DNA of 64,000 nucleotides from the IMG/VR virus record IMGVR_UViG_3300046779_000519, positions 113 to 64,112 of that record. One strand, written 5' to 3'. Shown one piece after another: positions 18,925-31,800 of this stretch. The notes below the pieces were generated by a model. The model did not search any database and had not been told where the DNA came from. It worked only from the letters and a program-made list of their open reading frames with translations. The position numbers and the translations under genes were made by a program. Positions within the stretch are counted from its first letter, which is position 1, and each line of letters starts with the position of its first letter. This stretch comes from a virus. Its lineage: Duplodnaviria; Caudoviricetes.

Positions 18925-19683
18925 ATGAAGACTAAAAGTTTAGATGTTATTGTCAGAGACACGTTATTAGATAACGGCTTGCCTTTACATTATTATACTC
19001 GATATTTACATCACGGATTACGATGCCTAGATGAACTATCTCTTGACTTTGATATGGGTAATATTAAGACTGTTGTTCTTAGCGTTACTGACTATCGTCG
19101 CGCTATTCTCCCTGCTGACTTTGTTGACGTTGTGGACGTATCTGGAAAGCACGGCGAGCGTCTTTTACCATTAGAAAGAGTTCGTAATCTTAACAAGCTG
19201 TATAACCGAGATACTGAAGGTAATAAGATTCCTTATCCAGCTGAGCAGTCAGTTAACTATGATGCTGAATTCAACTACAACTTAATTAGCGGTGGTGCGA
19301 CTATGAACTCCAGAGGCGAGTTAATTGGTCGTTTCTATGGTCGCCAAAGAAACCCTTTAATGACCTACGATATTGACACTGTAAATTCGGAGCTAGTGTT
19401 TAGCAATACAATGGATTTAATTGAGGTTACATTAACTTATATAACTTCAGCAGTATCTCGTTCTACAGCAAACGTAGTGACTCCATATGCAACGGATGTT
19501 ATCAGCAAGTACATTACTATGATGGCAGCTAAGGCAGAAGGTTCTACACTTGGCAAGTATCAACTAGCACAACAGGATTATCAAAACGCTAAGCGCGTAT
19601 TTAGAGCAAGAATGAATTCAATGGACTTTGCCGAAATGATTGGTTTAATCAGAAACGGCATCCACGGGTCACTTAAAAACTAA
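18925..19683 (+). CDS. Tail ring protein 3
   Basis: 252 aa; synteny. Confidence 0.55.
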   Translation: MKTKSLDVIVRDTLLDNGLPLHYYTRYLHHGLRCLDELSLDFDMGNIKTVVLSVTDYRRAILPADFVDVVDVSGKHGERLLPLERVRNLNKLYNRDTEGNKIPYPAEQSVNYDAEFNYNLISGGATMNSRGELIGRFYGRQRNPLMTYDIDTVNSELVFSNTMDLIEVTLTYITSAVSRSTANVVTPYATDVISKYITMMAAKAEGSTLGKYQLAQQDYQNAKRVFRARMNSMDFAEMIGLIRNGIHGSLKN

Positions 19684-19691
19684 TTAACATA

Positions 19692-22600
19692 ATGGCTAAA
19701 GTATCTTTAAAAGCTACAGGCGGATTAAATAAAGATGTAGACTTGAATTTATTGCCTGAAGGCGATTATTCAGATGCAACTAATATAATCTTTGATTCAG
19801 GTAAAACGGGTGGCGCTGGAGCAATTAAGATGCTTGAGTCTATTTCTGCTGCGGGCATAGATTTCTCAACTCACACAGTTAAAGATACGCACCAAGCAGC
19901 GGATGGACAGATTTTTGTTTTAACGGTAAGTGGCGCTACAGCATACATCTATAGAATACCTACGACATTAGATTCTAAAACATTAATTCTGAGCTATACT
20001 CATAGTGTTAGCGAGGACTTTGCGCCTGACATTAAGGTGTTAGACAACTGTATTATCTGGAACTATCACGGTACAGGTACTCCTTTGTTATTTTGCTTAG
20101 ATGGATGGACGACTGCGGTGACGCCAGCTATTGGGGACTTAACATTGGTGAAGAGAACTCCTAATAATGTATTTACAATCAATAAAGTTCAAGGCACGCC
20201 AGATAGCGGGTTAGAGTTCTTAGAGACTAGAGACTTTCAGTTTGCCGCAAGATATCAATACATCTCAGGAGAGTACTCAGCGTTAAGCGCTTACTCTCAG
20301 ATGTATAAGGCAGCTGACGGCGTTAGTAGCTATGCATTTAATTACGATTTGTCCGCATCACCTGCTAACGTAGAATACTTAGAGGTATATGTTAGAATTG
20401 GTAACTCTGGAATTTGGAGACGTATTGATACATTTAAGAAAGGTTCTACACCAACTAGTTTTGAGTGGACGGGTCAAATCTACGAGAGCTTAGACACAGT
20501 TACAACTGCTAAGCCATTTGATTCTGTACCTGTAAGTGCTAAACATATTGAGATTGCAAAGAACAGAGTATTCTTAGCTAACATTGTTGACGATTACAGC
20601 GTATCTTCAGCGAACTTAGACTTCACGATATCTGAAGTATCAGGAAGCGATTACAGACCAGATACAACTTCGGGTACATACGGAACATACTTAACATCTA
20701 GCAACTTAGCCGAAGATGGCATAAACAGCAAGGAGTCTACGTCAGTAGCTTACTATAAGCCTTTTGCTAATGATTCTACATATGGGGTTGGATTAGCTTA
20801 CTACGATGAAGCTATGAAGACGCGTGGGGTCGAAAAGTATGTTAAGTTTAAGACAGGTAAGTTTGCTTATCCTATCTTACCTACTATTCGCGTTGGATTA
20901 AACGCTGGGTGGGTTAAGCCTTCTTGGGCAAAGTATGCACAACTAGTATATACTAAAAACATTTCTAAGTCGTATATCTACGAAGGATATGCGAGTAATA
21001 TTTTCTTTGAGTTAACATCTTTTACAACGGATGCGACAACAAAGGCTATTACAGAAATAACAACTATCTCTCAGTCTATCACAGCAGACCAACTTAAGAA
21101 CGTTAAGAACTTAGTAGTTGACTTGATGGGTATGTTCAGAGCAGGTTATATCTATAACTTCTCAGCTGACGACAGAATTACAATCAATACTCCTAACGGA
21201 TTATTTGACTTTAAGATAGATAGCCAAAACGATAACTTCATTTATTGCAAGTACGATAAGGGAACAATGGTTAACTCTATTGTACCTAACGCTAAGAATC
21301 TTTACTTCGAGATTTACACTCCTAAGCAAGTGCCAGAGGATGAATCTTTATTGTTCTATGAGTATGGAAGCTTAATGGACATCAGCTCTTGGACAGCTTC
21401 AACACCTGTTGATGTTTCTGGGGCAGGAACATTGAATACTAACAAGCTATTAGGGGATATGGTGTTCTCTAAGATTGACTTACCTGTATATTCATCTGCT
21501 CCATTTATTTATAATACATCAAAGACAAGTCCTGCAGTTTACGCGGATGATGCTGCAACTGTTGCAAATATTGCATTAGCAGAAACGATGCAGTCTTCAT
21601 TATCTGGAGCTGGGACGGCTACTGACTTGTTTTTAATACCTATTTATACATCATTTGGCACTAATGCAGATGAGGCGGTATTTATTGACTCTTCTGGTGG
21701 CTCTAGTTCAACTGGTCCAGAGTTAAGGATATCAGGATATTATGATGCTGCAGACCAAGAGTCGACTAATAAACTGACAATTAATTACTACGTTAAAGCA
21801 ACACAAACGTTCCAATTAAATGGTTCATTGCCATCTCCATCAGGAAGTATGACTTGGGCGTTGAAGTCTCAGATTTACAGAGTTCCATATAACAATACTA
21901 CAAATGTTTATGGAAGTGCAGTTGCTTATGGTTCGGAGTATGTAGTTGACACAAGAACGTTAACTAGCAATGCATCAGGCGATGTGTTAGATATAACAGC
22001 GACTCAAGATTTGCTATTAAGTTCTTATGCTGACATTTCAGCTAATGATAAGTTTTATGTTCAATTAAAGCTTACATTAACAGCATCTGGGGATGTACTA
22101 GCTGCATTAGTAAACATTGCAAAGCAAACGTCGGCATCTAACGGGATTATTATGACTCTTAACGGAGACAGAATTAAACCTGTAGTTACAACGACTTACA
22201 ACGCTAACTCAATTGTATCAGGTACTACTAGCAAGTTAGTCTTACGCGCATCGTCTACGGCTACGGCTAATCAATTCTGGAATACATCTGCAGGTAAGCC
22301 AACGGTGCTTGTATCTAAGAATCTAAACCCTACAGGAAGAAAGAATACAATTCGTTACGGGGGAAACTATGTCGCTGGAACAAAGATTAATAACCTTAGC
22401 TCATTCTTTGCCTTAGACAGCGCCGATGTTCCAGTTGAGAACGGCGAGATTGTAGCACTACACAGAGCTTCAAGACTACAGGGAAATGGAACAATGTTAC
22501 TTGCTTTATGTCAGAATGAATCTGCCTATATCCTGTTAGGAGAGCAAGAGTTAACGCAAGGTAATAACCAAGGCATCTTATCCATCTCTTCTAATGTAAT

Positions 22601-23375
22601 AGGTACAATTCGTAACCTTGGATATAACTACGGCTTACAAGACAAGCAATCTTCGTTTAACTACAAAGGAAATATCTGGTGGTGGGATAACTATAACAAG
22701 AAGGTAATCAAGTATAACGAGCAAGGCATTGAGCTTGTTAGCGACACATTTATGCGCTCAGAGTTCTTGACTAAGTCAGGTGCTGCTAAGTTTGCTTTCG
22801 ACCCATTCTATAATATGTGCTTTGTAGCTATCGGAAGCGAAACATTTTCTTTAGGATATTCAGATACCTTGAAACGTTGGATATCTAAGTACACGTTTAA
22901 AACAGACCACGCAGAAAGCTACGGAGATAAGATGGTTTTATTTAAGAGTGGTGTAGTTTATAAGTCATTGCAGTCAGGATACAATGCCTTCTTAGGCGCT
23001 TCCGCTGTTGATTCTGCGATTACTTTGACCCTCAATAGTAGATTACCTATTATGCCATTAAACGTGTCTGTATCGCACGATATGAACGTTGTGGACTATA
23101 CGCAATCAAATGCAGTCAAGGCTAATTTATTGTCTATTGCTATATCTAATGAAAGCAATCAAGCAAGCGCAATAAACGAGACAAACTTCATTGTAGAGGA
23201 TAATAGATTATATGCTCACATCTTAAGAGACACTAGTAATGGAGGAGATATTATATCAGGAAACTACATTGTTGGCTATCTAAATAATTTTGTTGTATCT
23301 TTAAAGGATAAAACTCAGAATATGAGGTTAAATTCCTTGGATATAGAAATACAATCAGTATCAGGACACTCATAA
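19692..23375 (+). CDS. Tail muzzle/stabilisation protein (P22 gp10-like role)
   Basis: 1227 aa; N-terminal GGLNKDVD..LPEGDYSDATNI and FQFAARYQY..GEYSALS motifs typical of crAss-like stabilisation proteins; beta-rich. Confidence 0.7.
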   Translation: MAKVSLKATGGLNKDVDLNLLPEGDYSDATNIIFDSGKTGGAGAIKMLESISAAGIDFSTHTVKDTHQAADGQIFVLTVSGATAYIYRIPTTLDSKTLILSYTHSVSEDFAPDIKVLDNCIIWNYHGTGTPLLFCLDGWTTAVTPAIGDLTLVKRTPNNVFTINKVQGTPDSGLEFLETRDFQFAARYQYISGEYSALSAYSQMYKAADGVSSYAFNYDLSASPANVEYLEVYVRIGNSGIWRRIDTFKKGSTPTSFEWTGQIYESLDTVTTAKPFDSVPVSAKHIEIAKNRVFLANIVDDYSVSSANLDFTISEVSGSDYRPDTTSGTYGTYLTSSNLAEDGINSKESTSVAYYKPFANDSTYGVGLAYYDEAMKTRGVEKYVKFKTGKFAYPILPTIRVGLNAGWVKPSWAKYAQLVYTKNISKSYIYEGYASNIFFELTSFTTDATTKAITEITTISQSITADQLKNVKNLVVDLMGMFRAGYIYNFSADDRITINTPNGLFDFKIDSQNDNFIYCKYDKGTMVNSIVPNAKNLYFEIYTPKQVPEDESLLFYEYGSLMDISSWTASTPVDVSGAGTLNTNKLLGDMVFSKIDLPVYSSAPFIYNTSKTSPAVYADDAATVANIALAETMQSSLSGAGTATDLFLIPIYTSFGTNADEAVFIDSSGGSSSTGPELRISGYYDAADQESTNKLTINYYVKATQTFQLNGSLPSPSGSMTWALKSQIYRVPYNNTTNVYGSAVAYGSEYVVDTRTLTSNASGDVLDITATQDLLLSSYADISANDKFYVQLKLTLTASGDVLAALVNIAKQTSASNGIIMTLNGDRIKPVVTTTYNANSIVSGTTSKLVLRASSTATANQFWNTSAGKPTVLVSKNLNPTGRKNTIRYGGNYVAGTKINNLSSFFALDSADVPVENGEIVALHRASRLQGNGTMLLALCQNESAYILLGEQELTQGNNQGILSISSNVIGTIRNLGYNYGLQDKQSSFNYKGNIWWWDNYNKKVIKYNEQGIELVSDTFMRSEFLTKSGAAKFAFDPFYNMCFVAIGSETFSLGYSDTLKRWISKYTFKTDHAESYGDKMVLFKSGVVYKSLQSGYNAFLGASAVDSAITLTLNSRLPIMPLNVSVSHDMNVVDYTQSNAVKANLLSIAISNESNQASAINETNFIVEDNRLYAHILRDTSNGGDIISGNYIVGYLNNFVVSLKDKTQNMRLNSLDIEIQSVSGHS

Positions 23376-23387
23376 TAATATTACAAA

Positions 23388-24356
23388 ATGGCACTACCAT
23401 TAATCTTAGGGGCTGTAGGCGGAGCGGCAAAATTAGTCGGAGCTTTCGGAAAGAAAAGCGAAGCTGAAAGACAATTAGATGCTCAGCGCGTTTATGCTCA
23501 ACAACAAAGAAGCACATTCAATGCTGGTTACGGAGACTTGTTATCACAAGCTAAAAGTGCAGCAACATATCAAGGAGATATTTCTCGTTTCCAAAAGGTA
23601 GAGCAACAAGCTGACTTAGCTAAACGTATGGCTTCGGGTCAATCGCGTGGAGCTGGAGAGCAGATTGCTAGAGACCAAGCGGCTCAAACATCTGCTAACG
23701 TTTTAGCTGCAGCAACTAGGGGCGCTGGAAGTGGTACTGATATTATGACGGCTGCTTTGTTATCTCAACAGGGAGAAAATCAAGCTCAAAATGCTATTAG
23801 CGCACGTTCTGCTGAAGAACAACGCGCTGCAAAAGCTGCTGCAATGGCACAAGAATTTGCTGCATTTGGAAATACGGCTGCAGCTGCTGCAAGAGAAAGA
23901 GGGTTAGAGTTTTCATCTTTAGCTAATAAACAAGCTAATATTATGGGTGTTACTCAGAATAAGATGGAAGGAGAGATGAACCTTAATCAAAGTTTATTTG
24001 ACCAAGAACAAGCTAAAGCTGCTGCTCTTGAAGAAGCTAGAGGAGCGATTTGGTCTGGTATTGGAGATATTGCATCAGGCGTAAGTAGCGGTATGATGGG
24101 TATGGCAAACCAGAAAGCTCAGATGGCTATGTTGAATAAAATATACGGAGGAGGTTCAGCAGGAGGCGATGTATTAACAGGTGCGAGAGCATTTGCTTCG
24201 AATGCAATTGGTTCTGGAGCTAGTTTAGCAAAAATGATTAGTCCATCGTTTGGTCAAATGCAACAATTGCCTACATCAAAAATAAAGCTACCTCAAGCAC
24301 CAGTTTATTCTAGCGGATATGATGGATTAGGTAATTCAATAACACCATTTTTTTAA
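23388..24356 (+). CDS. Putative ejected (pilot/cargo) protein 1
   Basis: 322 aa, Ala/Gln/Gly-rich helical, hydrophobic Gly-rich N-terminus; follows muzzle. Confidence 0.55.
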   Translation: MALPLILGAVGGAAKLVGAFGKKSEAERQLDAQRVYAQQQRSTFNAGYGDLLSQAKSAATYQGDISRFQKVEQQADLAKRMASGQSRGAGEQIARDQAAQTSANVLAAATRGAGSGTDIMTAALLSQQGENQAQNAISARSAEEQRAAKAAAMAQEFAAFGNTAAAAARERGLEFSSLANKQANIMGVTQNKMEGEMNLNQSLFDQEQAKAAALEEARGAIWSGIGDIASGVSSGMMGMANQKAQMAMLNKIYGGGSAGGDVLTGARAFASNAIGSGASLAKMISPSFGQMQQLPTSKIKLPQAPVYSSGYDGLGNSITPFF

Positions 24357-24365
24357 TAAACAATA

Positions 24366-25889
24366 ATGGCAGGATTCGTTTATAACCCAGCGGAAAGTAT
24401 AAAGCAAGATTTTCAGCAGACAGCGTCTGGCTTGGGTAATATTTTTGCGCAAGTAATTCAACAGCAACAAAGAGACTATGCTCTTGCTGAGAATACATTC
24501 GCAAATATAGAGGCTCTTAAGAAAGACTTAAATATCTACGGACAGAAAAGCATTAGCTCAAAAGCTAACGCATTATTAGGTCACGCTAGTTCAGCTATTC
24601 TTGCTAACGGAAAACTTGATTATGATAAGTTAGGAGAGATTCGTCAAGCAGTTTCTGACATTAAAGACCTTAAGACAGGATACGATTTAGGTTCTAAGGA
24701 ATATGAGCGTATGCTTCAAATGGGTTTAGCTAATAAGGAGAACCTAACAAGCTTTGAAGGTTTTTACAAAGACTTGTCTGCAAAGATGTCTGATGAAAAC
24801 TTAATCAAAAATCCTCGTGACTTACAAGCTGCTTTAGCTGACACTTACACTAAAAGCCTAGACGCTACTAAGATGTTTGGTAAAGCTTATTTAGCAGCTA
24901 ATCCTTATCAGAAAGTGGCTTACGACGTAAAAGACCCTAAGACAGGGGCTATGATGCGCGTACAAGGAGAGTTGCCTGCAGGGTGGACAATTGATGCCGC
25001 TGGTAATAAAATACCGCCTAAGTCAGTTACGGTTACAAATCCAGATGGAACAACTTCTGTAGTTGATGCTGATGACCAAACTCTTGCTCAGATTAAAGCT
25101 TCTAATCCAGATGTCTTAGCGGCAATGCGTCGCCAAGCAGGATTTGCGGGTGAGAATATGAGCGATAAGCAATTGGTTCAATATTATACATCTAAGGTTC
25201 CAATGACAGCTCAGGTACAACAGCTTAAATCAGCAGATGAATTAAAGACTCAAGCTGCGCAAGCTAAGACAGCAGAAACAACATCTTTATATGCTGAGAA
25301 AAAGATAAAATCAGAACTTGCATCAGAGGCTGCAGGAAGAGCTTTAACTCAAGCACAGATAAATAAAATTAACGCAGAATTGCAAGCTAATGCTCCTACA
25401 ACAAATATCTATGAAGATGAGACCAAAAAAGCTATTAACTTTGGAGGTAAAGGATATGTAGTTGATATTCCTCAAGTAAATGGACGTACAATCCAAGGTG
25501 CAGTTACTGAGATTTATAAAGATAAAAAGACTGGTAAAAATATGGTAGGTTATATGACCCCTCCTGCAAATACTAGTATTGATACTTGGATTGCCAACGG
25601 TATGGTAGGCGGAGTTAGAAGCGAAAAGCAGATATCTGGAGACTTAGGTAAAAGTAATCTTATCTATAATTTAAAAAGAACATTTGGAGCCAAGAAAGGA
25701 ACAAAGCCATTTGTTTCTGATATAGAAGGATTTGTTAGTTCATCTAATCCAATAAAAGCAGCTACGGCTACTCCTGCAAAGACTGTAACACTTGACGAGG
25801 TTACTGCTAAAGTTAAAGCAGAAGGATATGATTATGACGAGTATAAAGATTTCTTAGAAAAAAACGGATACGTTATAAAAACAAAATAA
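24366..25889 (+). CDS. Putative ejected (cargo) protein 2
   Basis: 507 aa helical; between pilot-like gene and giant protein. Confidence 0.5.
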   Translation: MAGFVYNPAESIKQDFQQTASGLGNIFAQVIQQQQRDYALAENTFANIEALKKDLNIYGQKSISSKANALLGHASSAILANGKLDYDKLGEIRQAVSDIKDLKTGYDLGSKEYERMLQMGLANKENLTSFEGFYKDLSAKMSDENLIKNPRDLQAALADTYTKSLDATKMFGKAYLAANPYQKVAYDVKDPKTGAMMRVQGELPAGWTIDAAGNKIPPKSVTVTNPDGTTSVVDADDQTLAQIKASNPDVLAAMRRQAGFAGENMSDKQLVQYYTSKVPMTAQVQQLKSADELKTQAAQAKTAETTSLYAEKKIKSELASEAAGRALTQAQINKINAELQANAPTTNIYEDETKKAINFGGKGYVVDIPQVNGRTIQGAVTEIYKDKKTGKNMVGYMTPPANTSIDTWIANGMVGGVRSEKQISGDLGKSNLIYNLKRTFGAKKGTKPFVSDIEGFVSSSNPIKAATATPAKTVTLDEVTAKVKAEGYDYDEYKDFLEKNGYVIKTK

Positions 25890-25890
25890 A

Positions 25891-28800
25891 ATGATTGAAT
25901 TGCCTAAAATGCCGTCAAAAAAAGTAAGCTCAGAATTACCAAGTTTGCCTTTGATGCCAAAAAAAAAAGTCGATACGGAATTATCTGGGGCAAAGCTTTC
26001 TACGGATACGAGAAAGGACGAGGATGGATTTTGGGGCGGATTATCTGATACATTTGACTTAGGTTTAAAAAGAATGGCTGGCTCTACTGTTGCAGGTGGA
26101 GCAACGTTCTTAACAAAACTTGTTACAGGGGCAATTAAAGGAGCTGTTGGACAAGATGATATTAGAGGGCAGAAAGAGATTAAGCCATTAATCGACATAT
26201 TAGAAGCTCCTTCTGAATGGCTATCTCAAAAAGCAGCTGAGTACAACGAGAATACAATGCCGCAACTTGAAAAAAGTGCGGTATCTATGGGTCTTAAGGA
26301 AGATAACTTATACAGACCAGCTAATGAATTACTAAGAGAAGACCCAACTCAAGGGTTTTTAAAGATTGGTATTGAGTCTGTAAAACAACTCCCACAACTA
26401 ATTGCTACTGTAGCAGCTGGTGAATCAAAACTAGCTCAATTCGGAGCGTCTGCAACACTTGCTGGTTCTCAAGCCGTTCAGGAAGAATACGAAAAAGACA
26501 AAGATGTATCAGGAATAGATATTCTTCAGTCAGGTGTAAAAGGTGTTGTCGAAGGTTTAACTGAGATGATTTTTGACACCGACTTAAAAACTATCCGTAA
26601 AACAGGTGCGGCTATTGTCGATGTAACTATGGATGGCGCGACTGATATGATAAAAAATATCATAAAGAGCCAAGGTAAGAAAGAAGCAAGAGAAGCGATT
26701 ATTCGTACTTGGGGAGGTGTTGTTAAGGAAGGCTTAAAAGGCGCAGGTCAAGAAGCAGTAGAAGAAGGAATTTCTAACGCTGCAGGATTTGTCGTAGATA
26801 CTATTGACTCTGGTAAATTAGACAAGAAGGACTACGATAAAGCCTTAGATGACTTCTACGACTCAATCCTTATTGGAGGATTTATGGGCGGAGGAATCAG
26901 CTCTATTGGCGCATCTGTATCAAAGCAAAAACTAACAAAAGAACAAGAGCGTCAAATCTCTAGATTAGAAGATGTTGTAAACGATGAATCAATCCCTACA
27001 GAAGCCAGAGAAATCGCTAAAGAGAAAATTGACGATATCTATAAATACAACTTTGGTATCGCTAACGACAACTATAAATTAGTTGCAAACCTTCCTGTTG
27101 ACCAGCGCGTTGAAGCGTTAAAGCTAACCAACAAGATAGAGGATTTTGAGTACGCTAAGTCTATGGCTAAAACAGAAGACTTAATCGCGACCTTTGATTT
27201 GAAGATAGAGGATTTAGAAAACAAGAGAAAGGCTATCTTTGATGAGTTTGATGCAACAGGAGAGAAGGCAGCAGCGGAAGCTCGTAAAACGCAATCTGAA
27301 AAAGACTTAGAGGTAACAAGTAAATACTTCGAAGATTTTGATATAATGGGTAGCGTAAATAATGCTCTAGCTCCTATTCAAGAAAGACTAAGCGACAACA
27401 AAGAGATTGACGAAAATGACTTAGATAAATCAGCTGATGAGTTGTATTCAATTGCTGATAAAGTAGATAAGGACGAGACATTAACTCCAGAACAAAAGGC
27501 GTTAATTACCGACCCTATATTTGAACAAATACAAAAATTAGACGGATATGAATTTGCAACAAAAACTGATTTTACAGAGGTTACCGAAAGACAAACAACT
27601 AAAAGTACTAGGGAAATTGGAAGAGTTGAAAGGCAAGGAGCAGCCCAATCAGTTGCAAACAGCAGATGGGCAGGAAATGCAGTCACAGTCACCTCAGAAG
27701 ATGGAACAGTAACTAATACGGTTGCTGAAGTTACTCCATCAGGTAAAGTTGTATTGAAGCCAAAAGTTGCTTTTAACAAGAAAGCTCAAATACGAGATGA
27801 ACAAAATAGGGTATCTAAGAATCCTATTGTTATAGACACAAACTTCACTGAATTTGTGGAAAGCAAGTTTGATGAGGATGGTAACGTATCAGGTGTTGTA
27901 CTAAAGGACAACAGAAACAATACAACGTTCCAGGTTAACAATCCTGACTTAGCTCTAGATATTGCATTAAAAGCAAAGCAAGATAAGTTAGGCACAGTAT
28001 CTGATGCTGTATTTGAGCAAGTTGTTAAGGAAGAGACTATTGGTATGAGCTTTGATTGGACAACTAAATTAGCAGGCAGAAAAGCTCCTGTTGTTAGTCA
28101 GACAGCTCAACAACCTACTACAACTCAACAAGCTGAACCTACTACAAATCTAACTCCACGTCAGGCTGTTGAAGTTGATAGTGAGTTTGAGACGCGTACA
28201 GATAATCCTATATTAAATACATTAGGAGCGCAAGTTAAGAACATTGTATCTAACGCATACAAAGCATTAAAATCAGTATCACCTAACTCTAAAATGGTAA
28301 TCTACGATAACGAAGATTCTATGATAGAGGGATTGGTTAATGAAGGCGTAAGCAGAGAGGATGCTATAGAGGCTTCTTTAGGCGCTGGTGGATTATTTAA
28401 TCCTGTTACAGGAAATGTACACATTAACAAGACTGCTAAGGATTCAGATGGTAATATCATTAATACTTTAACAGGAACAGTTATTCCTCACGAAGTAGCT
28501 CACGCGGTATTATTACCTTTGGCTAAGCAAAACCCTAAAGAGTTCGCTAATATAGTAGAGAGAATCCTGCCATTTATACCTGAGCCACAACGTTCTAGAT
28601 TGCAAGAATTTGCGGGACAGTACGAAGGGGATGGCGTAGATATGCAGGCTGAGGAGTTCTTGTCTGAATTAGCTGGTATGTTAACGAAAGGAGACGTTAA
28701 ATTCACTCCTAGTAGATTACATAAAATAAGAATGGCTATCAAAGAGTTCATTCAAAAGGTAGCTAAGAAAATGAATAACCAGTCACTAATTAAGTTGGCT

Positions 28801-31800
28801 GATAAGTTATTCCCAGAATCTTCGTCTGCTCAAGAGGATATGAAGTTCTTTACTGACTTAGCTAGGTCAATACAGTCAGGCAATAAAATAAATACTGGTA
28901 GAATATCTGAGTTAGCTGCAATTAGTGAGCAAGACGCACAAGATATTGATAATATCGGAAGCGACTTTAATGGAGAACTATATGAGCCTTCTAACTTAAA
29001 CATTACAGGCACTATAGAGAATCCTGCGCCAGAGACAGGAAGAAAGCCACAGATTAAACAAAGCAGGGGTAATATCAGTGTTTTGCCACATCCTACATTT
29101 GATAAGAGAAAGTTAGTTGGAAAAAGATATAGCGTAACAATGTCTGACCATACAAAGGTTGGCGAGTACGTTAATGAAAAGTCTGGAGTTAAAGTTAACA
29201 ACTTAATGGGTGGAGTTTTCTATCCTTACATTAAGGAGGTTAGAGACGCTGGTTTAGTTTGGGCATCTGTAACTATCAAGGCTGCTAGAGAAATGGTTGT
29301 TAACGCAGCAAACCAAGACTATACATTAGTATATAGAATGGCGCGCTCAACAGGAAGTCGTGGTAATCACAACTTTAACGAAGTGTCTTTTGCTGAGTTG
29401 ACAGCTCCAGTGACTAATGGTAAGGTATCTGAGAAGGAGTTCTTAAAGCAGTTAAATGACAAATTGAACTCTGTATCAGGAGGCAAGCAATTAGTAGCAG
29501 GAAAGGCTTTTTTAGAGAAGTATGGTGTAGAGTCTAATAACAAGATTACTGTTAAAGAGAAAAACAAGAAAGGCGAATTAGTTGAAGTAACTAAAAAAAG
29601 AAAAGAAGTGCCTAGTTTGGCAAGCCTTAAGGAATCTTTATCAAAAGAATCATTTGGTAGCCGCGGCTCTTTCTGGAGTACATTACTAAAAGATAGCTGG
29701 GACAAGAAAAGTACAGGCGCTTGGTATAAATTCTTAGAGCAATATAACGTTGCTTCTATTGCTGACATTGTAGACGGATTAGCTGAGCAGGAGACTGATT
29801 CTGCTAACGACCACGATATCGTATCTGTATTGAAGCTAGATGAGCCCGAATACGATGCAAAAGGCAATATCAAGATTTACACAACTAGACAAGAGCTAGT
29901 AAATGAGGCTAAGGGTATTTACTTTATTGATGCCCCGAATCACCCTAGCTACCCTTATGTTGTAAAGGGTCAGCCAGTTGGCGTATTAGATGAGTTCAAT
30001 AATATCTCTGACTATTTCCCTATCATCAAAGATTGGATTAGCGCAGGTAGATTAAACTCTCCATACAAGGCGGTTGAAACAATGACAAGAGAGCTTATCT
30101 CAAGTAGAGATTTGCTTCGTCAGCAAAAAATCCCTAATGCAACTCAAGCTTCTAAAAAAGCTTTTGAGCAGAAGAGGAAGTTTGATATTAAGAAGTTCCC
30201 AACAGAAGTTCAGAAATGGTTATTCGATAGACAAGTAAACATTAGACGCGCGCTAAAAGACGCTGATATGGAGTTCTCTTTGTACGCTTTAGTTAATAAG
30301 GCAGGAGCGGCTCCATTAGCAAACTTTAAGTTCCAAGGTATATATAAAGACATCTACTCTGATTTAACAAAAGAAGAGGTAGCTAGATTAGATGACTTCA
30401 TATTCTTGCGCCGTGTAATTGCTATTGATGCAAACTTTGACAATCAGAGGAACTTAATCAATAAAAAGATTAGAGACTTAGTTGAGTTAAAAAAGATTGC
30501 TGAAACAAAAGATGAGCTTCAGAATATTGACAAAGAGATAAAAGCTCTTCACGAAAAAGCTAAAGAGAAAGCAAGACCAGACCATCCGACACATACAGAT
30601 GTAAATGGCAAAGATATAACTACGAATAAAGAGTCGGCTGAGAAAACATTAGCTGATTACAAAAAGTCTTTAGGCGAAGATGCGTATAATAAGATATACG
30701 ATAAATCAAATAAGTACTTCAGCACATTCTCTGAGCTTTTAAAATATAAGTACGATAACGGACTTATTACTAAAGAGGAATATGATATGTACAAGGACTA
30801 TAACTATAGCCCGCGTAAATTCTTTGAACATATGTTTGGCGATACTAATGCTAATCTATATGCTAATAGAGGTGTATCATTAAATCAAGATGAGATAAAA
30901 GGGATTAAAGATGGTAGCTTAGATTACCTAGAGACAGACTCTATGAAACTATTGCATTCGGCAATGGTGGCTACTGAGCACAAGGTAATGACTAACAAAG
31001 CTTTACAGACTTTCTTCCAAGAAGGTGCTGGAAAGAACTTGCCATTCTTTAAAGAACTAAACTACGAAAGACGTGCGGATGGTTCTATTGCAACAAACAA
31101 GGACGGTTCGTTAAAGTTCAAGGAGGCGGCTTACGGATTTACTAATATGATATTCAAGGTTAATGGTATTAACCAAGGATTTCAGTTACAATCAGATTTA
31201 GCTAACGAATTCTCAGATGTAGAGAAGTGGAATACTAATCACCCTGCATACAAAATGTTATCTAAGGCATCTGGTGCACAAGTCTTAAGACAACTTGCGA
31301 CAGGCATGAACATTGGATTCTTTATTACTAACATTCCAATTGACTTACTGTCTCAGATTCACTTTAATGATGTATATAATGGCGCAGGTGTAGGTGTAGC
31401 TGGGGAATATGCTAAGGCTATTTCTGGCACAGTGTCAACTGCTAAGTCTATTATTGCAAAAGATAAGGCTACAGCAGAATTAGCTTTAGAATACGCTCAG
31501 GCAGGTGGTTTAATGATGACTCAGTCTCAGGAGGGAACTTCAAATAGACCAGTCCTAAATTATATTGAGGATACTTTATCTTATTTAGGTAACGTATCTG
31601 AATTAGCTTCTAAGTTAAATGCTTACAAGTCTGTTAAAGAAAGAGAGATAGCTAAATACGAAAGCGAGAACAATGGTCAAACTCCAGATGCTGCGGCAAT
31701 GGAAAAGATTAAGTCAAGAGCGGCTTATGAGGCTAGAGGTGCAATGGATTTCCACAGAGGTGGCTTATTAACTAAGTACCTAGATGGGTTTATTCCTTAC

